Source of the DNA: Octopus sinensis
Lineage: Eukaryota
Direction of reading: 5' to 3'
NCBI RefSeq assembly: GCF_006345805.1
Contig: NC_043013.1
Coordinates: 26,784,001-26,848,000, forward strand
DNA length: 64,000 bases
The notes beneath the pieces were generated by a model. That model was not told the origin of the DNA, did no database searches, and was given only the letters and a program-made list of their open reading frames with translations. A program made the position numbers and the translations under genes. Of this stretch, positions 40,916 through 56,191 are shown piece by piece (within the stretch, counting starts at the first letter, position 1; the number at the start of each line of letters is the position of its first letter).

Positions 40916-41457
40916 TATATATGTATATGTATGTATACATTTATGTGTGTGTTTGTGTTTGTGCCTCTGCTATCACCTGACAGCTGATACTGGTGTGTTT
41001 ATGGCCCCATAACTTAGCAATTTGGCAAAAGAGACCAATAGAATTAGTAGGCTTACAAAGAATAATTGCAAGGGTCGATTTCTTTGACTAAAATCCTCTG
41101 TGACCTGAGAGGGCCCTTACCCTCTCCTACTGCCATTAAGTACACTACTGGGACTATGGCCATCCATGACTAGATACACGCATGCATACACAACACACAA
41201 CACACACACACACACACAACACACACACACACACACACACAAACACACAGGTACATACCCACACATATATGTTCATGCAAAAATTAAAAAACATTGAAAA
41301 TGTCATGAATCAATCCACAATTAGAACTACTTGTTTTATTTTAGTGTGAAATAAAAACTGTGCAATTTCACTCTTTTACTTGTTTCAGACACTGGACTGC
41401 AGCCAAGCTGGAGCACTCCCTTGTTGGGTTCGTCAAACAAATTTACCCTAGTACTCA

Positions 41458-41638
41458 TCATATTTGATAGTGTATAAGACACACTTTTCTTATCCACCAA
41501 AAATGTCTCAAAAAAATCACCCTGGGCCCTATGTGAAAAGTTGGGCCTATATTACATGCTTAAATGCATAATAAAAATCATTGGTCCCGAATATGCATTG
41601 CTGAAACTGGGATGTGGCTTTTATGCTATCAAATACAG
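41458..41638. mobile_element. pogo/Tc2-like MITE nested in a SINE C copy
   Basis: Termini catatttgatagtgtataagac / ggcttttatgctatcaaatacag+TA; SINE C sequence resumes on both sides. Confidence 0.6.
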
Positions 41639-42068
41639 TAATATGTTTGTCTTTTTTGATGAATCACTAAGTTACAGAGATGTAAAAAAAAAAACAACAC
41701 TGGATCTCAGGTAGTGGGGTGAGAGACAAACACAAACATAAATACACAAATGCACGCACATACACGTACACACACACACACACACACGCACACATACACA
41801 CAAGCATACACACAGAAGTAAAAATCTTGTCTACACATAGAACAGGTGCAACGCTTAGACAAATTACAGAAGCTACACACATAATAGAAGATAAACCTAG
41901 CCTAAATAGAAAACTAGAATGGAACACTAGTACACACATACACACACACACACACACCACAACCTGATGACAGAATAAGATCCTCATAAACTAATATGAA
42001 ACTAATCCAATAGATAGATAAATAAATGGAATTAAGTAATTAAATACATACGTACATGCATGCACAGG

Positions 42069-42099
<31 letters not shown>

Positions 42100-42800
42100 A
42101 TCCACACACATGTGCACAAACAAACAAAGAGAAACACAGTGTAAATAATGGACAGAGTCAAGACTACTGAAAAGGTTGCAAGACGCAACAAAAATTTTAG
42201 GAAAATAAAAATAAGAAATAAGTGGAAATTTTACCAGTGAGTGTGTTACATTATAAGGCACAAAAAGAAAATGACTCTCCCCAGACACAACAGAATATAC
42301 ACCAACACACGAACTCACATAAAAAAATCTTGCAAACCAAATCCCAAAACAAAACATAATAATTAATACAAGAAAAGCGTAAGTGGATAAAAACAAATAA
42401 ATAAAATGAAATGAACAGGGAATCCTGAAAATGCAGATACCATACACATTCCCACACACACACACTTACCAAACATAGACACACACAGGGATATACGCAT
42501 GCACAAATAATGACACAACAGGAACACAAAATGGCAGATCGTTAGTAAGGAGAGCCACAAAAAAGAAAGGAGAAAGCAAAGGACCACTGATGAGGTCACA
42601 GAAGTGTGACAAAAGAACTCTGGCTGAAATACAATTAATATAAAATAAAGCTGAAGCAAGCGAACACTGAATAAATAGTGCGTGTGTTTTCATTGGCTAA
42701 ATTGGCAACATGACCATCCCTAAATACAATAATATATGTTTCAACACACGAGTTCACATCAAGAATTTTGCAAAATGAATACGTAATCATAAACGTATAT
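42100..42800 (+). mobile_element. Penelope-terminus-like fragment with a hammerhead-like motif and poly(A) signal
   Basis: cca-CTGATGA-G-GTCACA-gaag-TGTGAC-AAAA-GAACTC-tgg at 42584-42623 (perfect 6-bp stem II, cca/tgg stem I); aataaa at 42644-42649. Boundaries approximate. Confidence 0.5.
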
Positions 42801-42820
42801 ATATATATATATATATATAT

Positions 42821-43045
42821 GCAAGCTGGCAGAAACGTTAGCATGCCAGGCGAAATGCGTACCCGTATTTCGTATGCCATTATGTTCTGAATTCAAATTT
42901 CGCCGAGATCAACTTTGCTTTTCATCCTGTCGAGGTCGATAAATTAAGTACCAGTTATGCACTGGGGTCGATATAATCGACTTAATCCATTTGTCTGTCC
43001 TTGTTTGTTCCCTCTGTGTTCAGCCCCTTATGGGTAGTAAAGAAA
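42821..43045 (+). mobile_element. tRNA-derived SINE family B, tail type 2
   Basis: Same head, core and tail (..tgggtagtaaagaaata) as 13771-13989. Confidence 0.85.
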
Positions 43046-43058
43046 TATATATACATAT

Positions 43059-43104
<46 letters not shown>

Positions 43105-43844
43105 TGAAGAAGACTGGATGATGATAATCTATGTGAAACTCTGAACATAGCAGTAGTGGTTGATCATCTATTTGTATACACAATTTCTATTCAATCATTA
43201 TTTATCAATGTTTCACTCATCTAGAAACTACACCATGTTGTTCACATCAAATTTACACAAGCTTTGCTAATGGCAGTTGTATATAATTTCCAAAGAAGCA
43301 AAAAGTAAATAAATATGCAGTGCAGATAACTCTAAATTGCATTAAATTTTTACCTGTATTTTAAGGGAATTATTAAACAGAACCCTTTTCTGTTCCTTTA
43401 TTTATTTATTTATTTATTTTAATCAATTATTTATTTATTTTTTTCATTAAATTCTTGTTATAAAGACTTTATTGGTTCGACAATTATGAAATGATATATA
43501 TTCAACAGTAAATAAACGAGGGAGAAACAATATCTAGCAACTTGAAACAGCTAATGGATGCACACATTTTGGCAAAATAATTTGCAGCTTTAAGCGTCAC
43601 TTGCCATGATTCTTTCACTAAATACTGAATTGATTTTCCAAACCAAACCAAACTAATGCAAATGCTGACTGCGTTGTCGATAAGACAAAACAATTCCATC
43701 AGGCTCCCCTTAATGGTCCATGAATGTGAGGCTTATAACAAAACAGTTATTGAAATCACATCTGATTGAAATTCTGACACATTTTTCAGCCTTTTACAAA
43801 CTGATCATAATTGGGGGGAGGGGGGGAGAAGAAAAGAGAAAAGA

Positions 43845-46160
<2,316 letters not shown>

Positions 46161-46929
46161 TGAATATAGAGACATATGTCTGTGGACGATGCTAATTGTG
46201 ATGATTCTGTGAAGCATCTAACTGAGAAGTGACATATAATAACTATGGTAAAAGCTGCACCACTAAACGTATGCAAATAAGTTTCTTTCAAATCGATGCT
46301 GACTTGTAGATTATCCTTTTGATGTGAAAAGTCTAAGCGAAAGCACACTGAAATCAAACCTGCCATTGATGTAGCTACCATTCATCTTGCAGTCGTTGGC
46401 AGTGGATTCCAGTCACTGCTTCTTAAAGAGTGAGATGCATGCTGCACAGGTGTGTGTCGTTTTAATAAAATAACTTACAGATGTCCTGTTTTATCTGGTT
46501 CACTTTATCTTTTTATCAAAGCCTTGTGGCAATGGAGGAGTGGCGATATGTGCAGATTTAATCATTGGCAGCACACAGCCACAAATCTACACACAAAGGT
46601 GGCAGGAAACTTATTCTAACACAGTTGCCATGTTTTCATGGAGAGAAACTGCTTCAGTGGAGTTTCCTGTGTCTGAGGAACATCCCTGCTTAGGAACGTT
46701 TGCCCAAGTCACTCGGTGTTTGGGAAGGTACTAGAAAAAGTGCTCTAAAAATTTGCTGTGATTAATGGGGGTTCACTAAAAGTAGGAAGGAAAACAGACG
46801 TAAAACAAAATTGTATTCTAAATTTTTAAAAAACTTTTTACATTCACCTTTAGAATGTAAGAAAGCTTTTAGATATATTTTCTGTACATACACATACAGC
46901 TGCAGGTATACATAGATTCACATGGAGAT

Positions 46930-46968
46930 CTGTCTATCTGTCTGTCTGTCTGTTTGTCTATCTATCTG

Positions 46969-47003
<35 letters not shown>

Positions 47004-47096
47004 CTCTATCTATCTATCTTTCTATCTATCTATCTATCTATCTATCTATTTGTTTGTCTATCTATCTATCTATCTATCTGTCTGTCTATCTGTTTT

Positions 47097-47179
<83 letters not shown>

Positions 47180-47235
47180 GTCTGTCTGTTTGTCTGTCTA
47201 TCTATCTATCTATCTATCTATCTATATATATATAT
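46930..47235. repeat. (TCTA)n/(TCTG)n array ending in (TA)n
   Basis: Direct inspection. Confidence 0.95.
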
Positions 47236-50200
47236 TCATCATCATCATCATCATCGTTTAAAGTCCGCTTCCATGCCGTCTCCTTTCCGTGCTGGAGCAT
47301 GGGTTGGACGGTTCAACTGGGGTCTGGGAAGCCCGAAGGCTGCACCAGGCCAGTCAGATGTGGCAGTGTTTCTACAGCTGGATGCCCTTCCTAACGCCAA
47401 CCACTCCGAGAGTGTAGTGGGTGATTTTATGTGCCACCGACACAGGTGCCAGACGAGGCTGGCAGACGGCCACGCTCGGATGGTGTTTTTTTTTATGTGC
47501 CACCGACACAGGTGCCAGACGAGGCTGGCAGACGGCCACGCTCGGATGGTGTTTTTTATGTGCCACCGACACAGGTGCCAGACGAGGCTGGCAGACGGCC
47601 ACGCTCGGATGGTGTTTTCTTATGTGTCACCGACACAGGTGCTAGACGAGGCTGGCGGACGGCCACGCTCGGATGGTGTTTGTTACGTGCCCTCAGCACG
47701 GAGGCCAGTCATTGCGGTACTGGCTACGGTCACGTTCGGATGGTTTTCTGTGCCACCGGCACTGGTACCACAAGGATACAAATTCCCATGTTCATCTATT
47801 TTGATTTGGTTCGATTTGATTTGATACGATTCGATTCGATTCTCACTTGCCTCAACAGGTCTTCACAAGTGTCACAAGAAGGAAGGTATGCACAGGTGGA
47901 CTGACTACGTCCCAGGTAGGGGCCACGGATTATGGCTTCACTAGTCTTGCCGGGTCTTCTCACGCACAGCATACTTCCATAGGTCTCGGTCTCTAGTCAT
48001 TTCCATGGTGAGACCTAACGTCCGAAGGTCGTGCTTCACCACCTCGTCCCAGGTTTTCTGGGTCTACCTCTTCCACGGGTTCCCTCAACTGCTAGGGATT
48101 GGCACTTTCTCACACACCTCTCTTCATCCATTCTCGCCACATGACCATACCAGCGCAATCGTCTCTCTTGCACACAACAACTGATGCTTCTTAGGTACAA
48201 CATTTCTCTCAAGGTACTAACGCTCTGTCGAGTAAGTACACTGACATTACACATCCATCGGAGCATACTGGCATCGTTCCTCACGAGCTTACGCATGTCC
48301 TCAGCAGTCACGGCCCATGTTTCACTGCCATGTAGCATAGCTGTTCGTACACATGCATCATACAGTCTGCTTTTACTCTGAGCGAGAGGCCTTTTGTCAC
48401 CAGCAGAGGTAAGAGCTCCCTAAACTTTGCCCAGGCTATTCTTATTCTAGCAGTTACACTTTCAGCGCACCCACCCCCACTACTGACTTGGTCACCTAGA
48501 TAGCGGAAACTATCAACTACTTCTAGTTTTTCCCCCCGGAAGTGACAGAAGTTGTTTTCTGCAGATTTTCGGAGGTCAGTGCTCCAGAGCACCTGCCACA
48601 TACAAAAACTATCTTCCCAGTTAGCCTACCTTTGACATTGCTGCACCTCTTATGTGTCCATAGCTTACACTGGGTACATCTTATAGAGTTTCTACCTACA
48701 CCTTTTCTACAGATCGAACAGGGCCATCTTCCTGATGATATTTGTGGGTTTTCTACCTTTCTACTTATTAGTACTTTGGTTTTAGCTAGGTTGACTCTAA
48801 GGCCCCTCGATTCTAACCCTCCTTCCACACCTGGAACTTCTCCTCCAGTTCTGATAGTGACTCAGCGATTAGAGCGAGGTCGTCAGCATAGAGGAGCTCC
48901 CAGGGGCAACCGGTCTTGAATTCCTCCGTTATTGCCTGGAGGACTATGATAAATAGGAGGGGGCTGAGTACTGAACCCTGGTGGACCCCAACCTCTACTT
49001 TGAATTCTTCTGTGTACATGTTGCCAACTCTAACCTTACTTACGGCATCTCTGTACATGGCTTGCACAGCCCTCACCAGCCATTCATCTATCCCTAGTTT
49101 CCTCATTGACCACCAGATGAGGGATCGGGGGACCCTATCAAAGGCTTTCTCCATGTCAACAAAAGCCAGGTACAGGGGCTTATCCTTGGCTAGGTATTTC
49201 TCCTGCAGCTGCCTTACCAGGAATATAGCATCAGTGGTGCTTTTCCCTGGGACAAACCCAAACTGCATCTCATCTAAACTAACTCTCTCTCTAATTAGTT
49301 GGGCTAAGACCCTCTCCGTAACCTTCATTACCTGATCCAACAGCTTGATACCTCTGTAATTATTTGTATCCAGGGCATCACCTTTACCTTTGTAGCAGTT
49401 GACTAGTATGCTGCTACACCAGTCATTGGGTATGACTCCTTCGTGTATCACCTGGTTGACTATACGGGTGACTAGGTTATAGCCGACACTGCCAGATATT
49501 TTGAGCATCTCTGCAGTAATTCCTGATGGGCCTGGGGCTTTCCCTGTCTTCATGCTCCTAACTGCCTTAGCTACTACGGAACTATCAACTCGGATAGCTG
49601 GTCCCTCTGTTGGGTCAACATTTGGCAGACTCTCTTTATCCCATTCATTTTCTTTATTCAGCAAACTTTCATAGTGGCATCTCCAAACCTCTCTCTTTGC
49701 ATCCTCATTTAGCGCAAGTGAACCATCATCCATGCGAACACACTTCTCTCCTACCACATCACGATTCTCTCTCACACACTGTCTTGCAACACGAAATACC
49801 TCAAGTCTTCATCCTCACGGCTCAGAACATTGGCAAATTTTTTCTTATCCGCTTCCCCTCTGGCTATAAACCTGTCTCCTAGCTTCCCTTTTGGCTGTCT
49901 GATACAATTCCCTGCTACCACCGTTCTTCCAGTCCTTCCAAGCCTGTCTCTTTTGTCTAATAGCCCCGTCAACCACCGTGTTCCACCACCATGTTACTCT
50001 GGGTCGAGATGGTACTTTGCTCCATCCACAGATCTGGTCAGTGGCTGTCAGCAGATTGTCCCGTAGGAATCTCCAGTTGTCTTCCACATTAAGTGAAGCT
50101 ATATCCCCTTCTATTTCGTCAGAGGCTTCGAGTAGTATGTCTCTAAATCTCTGTGCATTTGCAGGATCTTTAAGCTTCCAGACCCTTCTCCTCCAAGCTG

Positions 50201-51020
50201 GTCTTCTTCTGGGCGACCATTTAGCTCTGATCCTGAAGTCGCTAACTACTAATCTATGTTGGGGAGTACATTCTTCGCCTGGGAAGGTTTTGGCATTTAT
50301 AATCAGCCCTCTTTCCCTTTTTCTGGCAAGGATGTAGTCAATCTGGCTGGTGTGTCTGCCAGAACGGTAGGTGACTAGGTGAGAGGTGGGGTTCCTGAAG
50401 TGGGTATTGCAGACCATAAGGTCATTTGCATCGCAGAACTCCAGCAGCCTGGTTCCCTCCTCATTTCGAGAGCCAAAACCGTGGCCTCCATGGATGCCAT
50501 GGAAGCCCCTGACATGTCGTCCAACATGTCCATTGAAATCACCTGCCACGAAGAGAAGGTCACTGTCATTTGTCAATGAGGTAGTCCGCAATAGGGTGTC
50601 ATAGAATTGGTCTTTTTGTCCTTCCGGTAGCCTGGTTGAGGGGCATATGCCGAGATGATGGTAGCTGTCCTATGGTGAAGAACTAATCTAATTTTAATTA
50701 CTCTGTCACTTATTCTGACTACCTCGATTACCTTACCTATCCATTTCTCCGCGAGAAGTATACCCACGCCCCCGACACCGTCAATGTTCCCTGCCCAGAA
50801 AATCTTGTACCTGTGTTCCTTGCCCGTGAGGAGCCTAGCAGAACCTCCTCTCCACCTTACTTCCTTGATACAGCATACATCCACACGTCTCCGTTCAAGC
50901 AGCTCTACAATCTCTCCAGACCTACCTTTCAATGTGCCAACGTTGAGCGTGCCAACTCTGAGGGTTTGGGAGGTGTGGGCATCAGAGACCCTGGGACGAG
51001 GGACAGCAGTGTCATGTACC
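47236..51020 (-). mobile_element. Near-full-length RTE-clade LINE (APE endonuclease, RT, Cys-rich insert), frameshifted
   Basis: LRVGTLNVGTLKG..VDVCCIKEVRW, ISAYAPQ, VAGDFNGHVG, SQIDYIL (APE); KAPGPSG, YKGKGD, YRGIKLL, QFGFVPG, FVDMEKAFDRVPR, GVHQGSVLSPLLF, YADDL, FRYLG (RT); RRLRWYGHVARM. At least four breaks; 3' UTR minisatellite and (GAT)n tail. Confidence 0.95.
47425..47745. repeat. Minisatellite in the RTE 3' UTR: four near-identical 62-66-bp units plus one diverged unit
   Basis: Unit ttttatgtgccaccgacacaggtgccagacgaggctggcagacggccacgctcggatggtgtt starts near 47425, 47491, 47554 and 47617. Confidence 0.92.
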
Positions 51021-51207
51021 TGAAAAGAAAGCTTGCATTTGGCAGATTTATATGGAAACTCTAGACTACAACCTGCATACTTTTCACAATTTTTGCGCTA
51101 TATGTTCAGATAAACCCTACATAGGTGCTAGTGGGGGAGGGGGTAGTTTCCGGTATTAGGGTAGAAACTTCCGGTATTGGTGGTGGGGGTGGGAGGGCGG
51201 GCGACAA

Positions 51208-51897
51208 AATCGAAGCAACTAGTTTGAATACTATATTTGAGGGGGAAAAATAATTAATTAGATAAATGACTGAATGAAAGCCAGAGAGAGAATGAAAATA
51301 GATAAATAATAAAAAATACGGTAGAGAATGGAAATAGATAAATAATGAAAAAAATACGGTAGAGAATGAGAATAGATAATAATGAAAAAAATTACGGAGA
51401 GAGACGAGGGGGCATATTTCGGAGGAGAATGGATAAACATCGAAGATGGCCCTGAAGGAAAATAAACTTTAAAAATGCAATGCGTGAAGTCGCCATGTTT
51501 AGAGAATAGGGGAACGAAGGGAGAACAGATCAAGCTATCCAAACAAAACGCTTTAAAAAATGAAAAGAGCAGGATGAAATTGACTAGCTGGCCATTTTTG
51601 GAAGTCTGTGTTTTCTCTGAAGGTGTAGCGAGTGAATAGGGATCAGATACGATCGCACGCTGGCTTTTATAAGGGAATTAGGGAAGGGACGGAAACACGA
51701 GAGAGGAGAGAGAGGAGAGAGAGAGAATCGAAGCAACTAGTTTGAATACTATATTTGAGGGGGAAAAATAATTAATTAGATAAATGACTGAATGAAAGCC
51801 AGAGAGAGAATGAGAATAGACAATAATAAAAATACGGTAGAGAATGGAAATAGATAAATAATGAAAAAAATACGTAGAGAATGAGAATAGATAAATA
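51208..51897 (-). repeat. ~172-bp direct repeats (51208-51380, 51726-51897) enclosing a ~345-bp unique segment, just 5' of the RTE
   Basis: Both copies begin aatcgaagcaactagtttgaatactatatttgagggggaaaaataattaattag and are near identical. Confidence 0.88.
51664..51673 (-). promoter_or_regulatory. TATA-like box (cttataaaag) oriented toward the RTE ORF
   Basis: Motif match only, in a CpG-containing segment between the direct repeats. Confidence 0.3.
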
Positions 51898-51985
51898 ATA
51901 TATATATATATCATCATCATCGTTTAACGTCCGTTCTCCATGCTAGCATGGGTTGGACGATATATATATATATATATATATATAG

Positions 51986-52148
51986 TCAATTCAAATAAAT
52001 GATAAAATTAATGTGCATAAAAAATGTATTAGCTTGATGCTCAGTGAAAAGAGAGAGTTTGACATTTCGAGTATAGCTCTCATCAGAAAAGAGAAAGGGA
52101 GAAGTCCAAAGAAGGAAAGAAATTGCTAACAGCATGTGTGTAGTTACA
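51986..52148 (-). mobile_element. Short TA-flanked element homologous to 8723-8932, with a hammerhead-like motif
   Basis: Minus strand tttt-CTGATGA-GAG-ctata-CTC-GAA-ATGT-C-aaac (about 52056-52091). Confidence 0.6.
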
Positions 52149-52399
52149 TTGTGTGTGTGTGTGTGTGTGTGTGATCCAGAAATATACAAAAAACACAAAT
52201 ATAGGTGAAAGAACAATAAACAGGATGTATTAGTTTAACGGTCAGGGAAAATGGTATTTAATGCTTCAAGCATATGCTCTTCGACAGAAATTAATTAGGA
52301 GAGGAAAACATGCGTCTGAATTAACTTCTTATATTCTACCATCATCGATCTTACTGTAGACTGAAGTTGATTTGTATGTATATCATGTTCAACAACAAC

Positions 52400-52590
52400 A
52401 TCATCATCATCATCATCATTATCATTTAATGCCAGTTTTCCATGTTGGCATGGATTGGACAGTTTAACAGAATCTAGCAAGTGAGAGAGCTGCACCAAGC
52501 TGCACTTGTCTATTCTGGCAAGGTTTCTATGGCTGGATGCCCTTCCTAATGCTAACCACTTTTACAGGGTGTCCTGGGTGGTTTTTATGT
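52400..52590 (-). mobile_element. RTE-type 3' tail; similar tails at 51911-51960, 57290-57600, 60535-60665
   Basis: (CAT)n, ttccatgttggcatggattggacag and ggatgcccttcctaatgctaacc. Confidence 0.8.
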
Positions 52591-52593
52591 ATG

Positions 52594-52652
<59 letters not shown>

Positions 52653-52739
52653 GTGTATAGTATGTGTCTTTGTGTTTTCATAGCAAAGATAGGTGTATTT
52701 GTGTGTGCATGTATGTATATGTGTATTTATGTGTGCATG

Positions 52740-52797
<58 letters not shown>

Positions 52798-53461
52798 GAG
52801 GGAGTCACATGTCAGTATGAACTTTTAATCACCTCCAGATTGAATCATAGAGTGATAAAGATACAATCTGAAAAATTTAATACACAACTGACTCACTTGG
52901 TTGTTCAGCCAGACAACAATGTTAACTAACTTCTAACATTTTCTTCAGTCACCATATTTACCCCATACTGTGGAATTTCTGATACTGAAAGCATTAGAAA
53001 TAATCGGAGCCAACTTTTGTATGACACAAATGTTTCAACATTCCCTTGTAATTTAATTATCAATTAATCTCATTATCCAGTGATATTCAATGTTTTTGTT
53101 GTTTTTTTTATATTTGTTTTTGCTTTTTTTGTTTTTCTTTTTCTTTTATGCAAATATTTCTATTGTAATACAGTTACTACAGGACCCAGCAAGCAGCATA
53201 TTGATATGAAGTGCTGGATAAAACCCGTCTACCTGTGAATGCATTGTAAAGCAACAAATTGTGAAATGATGGCAGTAATGGAAATTGTTTTCTGTTTACA
53301 GCCTTGAGCCAACCAAAGCCTTGGGAGCGAATTTGGCAGACAAAAACTGAATATATGAAAGGATGAAAAGTAAAGTCGACCTCAGTGGAATTTGAACTCA
53401 GAACAGAAAGACAGGCAAAACGCTGCCGAGCATTTTTCTCAGCACACTAACAATTCTGCCC

Positions 53462-53517
<56 letters not shown>

Positions 53518-53598
53518 TAATAATAATGGCGGTGCCCCAGCATGGCCACAGCTCATTAGCTGAAACTAGAAAAATCAAAAATCAAATCAAATAATAAT

Positions 53599-54118
53599 GG
53601 GTGCTTGGTACCAACATACACATGTAAAGGTAATGAGGAAAATAGGGAAGGCAAAATTCCTCTTGGACATTGACTTCCAGACAGACAAGGTATTAGAGCA
53701 CTGAAGGCTGGATATAGTAACCTTCAGGAGGGACAAACAAGAATGCCTAATAATTGACATGGCAGTGCCAGGAGATCAACATATCACGAAAGGAAGAGTA
53801 AAGGTTGATAAATATGGAGACCAGAAAATTGAGATCACTAAGATGTGGCAGCTATGAGAGTCAAACATAAGGGTTATCCCTGTTGTCATCAGAGCATTGG
53901 GTTCAATACCACCCAATCTGAAAAAAAACATCTGAAAACCTTAGGGATACCCTACAATCTAGGTATATTGCAAAAGTCAGCATTACTTGGAACTGCATGC
54001 ATATTGCATAAAGTACTGTCTGTCTGAGGTCCTTGTTGTGACTTGACAAACAGTGCAAACCCCCAGTAGACACAATATCTTCAATCAATAACCTCACAAT
54101 ATTGTATACAGTGTAATG
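53599..54118 (+). mobile_element. Old Dong/R4-type LINE 3' fragment, family C
   Basis: Decayed frames: DFQTDKVLEH*RLDIV..KQECLIIDMAVPGD...DKYGD.KIEITKMW...IPVVIRALG...LQKSALLGTACILHKVLSV*; (AAT)n on both sides. Confidence 0.8.
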
Positions 54119-54279
54119 TCTATAATAATAATACTAACCCTTTCTATTATAGACACAAGGCCTGGAATTTGTGGGGAGGGGCATAGTCAATTATCTCAAC
54201 CCCAGTACTCAATTATCTCAACCGAAGTACCACTAAACATTTCATCCAGCGTGCTAATAATTCTGCCAGCTCAAGCCTT

Positions 54280-54346
<67 letters not shown>

Positions 54347-54349
<3 letters not shown>

Positions 54350-54902
54350 CCCTGATGCAGTACCAGGCAGTGGCTCTCATGGCTTCTGATCTTAACTGAT
54401 TGGAAGTGTTATCATGTACATTGTTTTGTCTTGGTATAAAAGATGGGCTACAGCAAATATTCTGCTCAATACCACAGATTTGCTTGTCAGTTGTTTGACC
54501 TTAACCAGTTGAGCATGTCCCTTAGTGGCTGACGATATGTGCATCTCTGATCACGAGCAGAAGTAGTGGGGGAGCATCATAGCCATGTGTTGAGAGGGAT
54601 GCTTTGGGGTTTGAATAGTTCACCTCTGGAAACATAGGTGGTTCTTTCAACATCCTTAAACAACCCTTATTCGGGGACCGTTTGAGCGGGATGGGCTACT
54701 CAACCTGAAGAAAATTCAAACTGGGCCCCACCTGCAAGGTCATGTGCTGTTTATCTTGATATGAGATCACCATGTCGCGCACATATGGTTGTGATGCATG
54801 TGCCTGGTGTACCTTTATCAGACGGGTAGTCATGATGGGTATATTGGGCTTCGTATATTTTACCCCAGTGTCACTTTGATAGCATGAACTGCTCTCTCAC
54901 TC
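54347..54902. repeat. Second full-length copy of repeat U
   Basis: Reverse complement of 29697-30252; (AAT)n on both sides. Confidence 0.9.
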
Positions 54903-54916
54903 AATAATAATAATAA

Positions 54917-55662
54917 AAAAATGGAGCAGACCCAAAATGCCGATTCTGCAACGACATGATTGAAACAGTGGACCACCTAATCTCTGGATGTAAAGTCTTA
55001 GCACCAGTGGAGTATAAATTAAGACATGACAGAGTTGGCAATATCTACACTGGCTATAAGTCGGCATTACACATATCAAAACTGCCGACAAGTGGTATAA
55101 TCACCACCCTGAGGCTGTAACTGAAGGAGAAAATGTAACCATTCTGTGGGACTTTCCAGTACATACAGACCGAACCATCAAGGCCAATAAACCAGATATG
55201 TTGTGAAAGACCAAAACAATAAAGTTTGCTTATTGATCGACATGAGCATCCCCTGTGATCATAATATCTCAGCGAAAGAGTTTGACAAGCTCAGAAAATA
55301 TAAAGACCTACTCATTGAAATTGAGAAAATGTGGCATCTCAAGGCGGTTACAATACCAGTGATCGTAGGAATGATCAAGAAGGGAACCGAAAATTATATG
55401 AGAATGATCCCTGGCTTACCATCCCTGCAAGAAGTGCAAAAGATTGTCTTAACTGGTACATCACACGTATTGAGAAGAGCATTGTCGATGTGAGAACTGT
55501 TGCTGCTCATGTATTTTAATCTAACTTTAAAAAAAAAAAATGAACGAACTTCTGAGTTTGGTTTAATGGCCTACCAATATACACTATGAGTTTCTTTGCC
55601 CTAGGAGTCGGGAAGACACTCGGCAAGAAATAGAAGAAAATTTGAAAGAAGAAAAAAAAAAA
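54917..55662 (+). mobile_element. 5'-truncated Dong/R4 family A copy
   Basis: Near identical to the reverse complement of 30267-31035; lacks the nonsense codon but has small deletions (e.g. 9 bp removing ALG from VIVGALG); A-rich end then (AAT)n. Confidence 0.93.
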
Positions 55663-55799
55663 GTAATAATAATAATAATAATAATAACAACAACAACAAC
55701 AATAATAATAATAATAATAATAGTTTCAGATTTTGGCACAAGGCCAGCAATAATAAGGATAAAAATTTAGCTATGAGTGACAAAAGCAGCCTTTGCAAC

Positions 55800-56154
55800 G
55801 AATATTAATTTGTACATGCAACTTAACTTGTATGCGTTGTTTGTAATGGTGTAATCATTTTGAGAAATCATCTTGTATAGATGTTAGATGCTAAAATGTG
55901 CAGATGGTATCAGTAGATGAAATTTCATCAACACCAATGGATGACACTGTTGTATCACATGATTTCAGTGTAAATTGTGAATCATCATCAACAGGTACCC
56001 AAGCACCCAATGCCAGATTGAAAGTCCGTCAAACGAATATAGTTTAACACTAACTAAACGATTGGTGATGTTGCAAAAACCTAGCAGTCTGTGTATAAGA
56101 GATGAATTTTTCAATCAAGCTCTGATGATGCAACTGGTTCTGCTGTTTTCTGTT

Positions 56155-56191
<37 letters not shown>

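Noticed and set aside
43502-43699. 65-aa protein-like minus-strand ORF
   Set aside because: No recognisable motif and no convincing splice-site pair.
47425-47745. CRISPR-like repeat array
   Set aside because: Units are head-to-tail with no unique spacers, lie in a LINE 3' UTR, and the DNA is eukaryotic with no cas genes.
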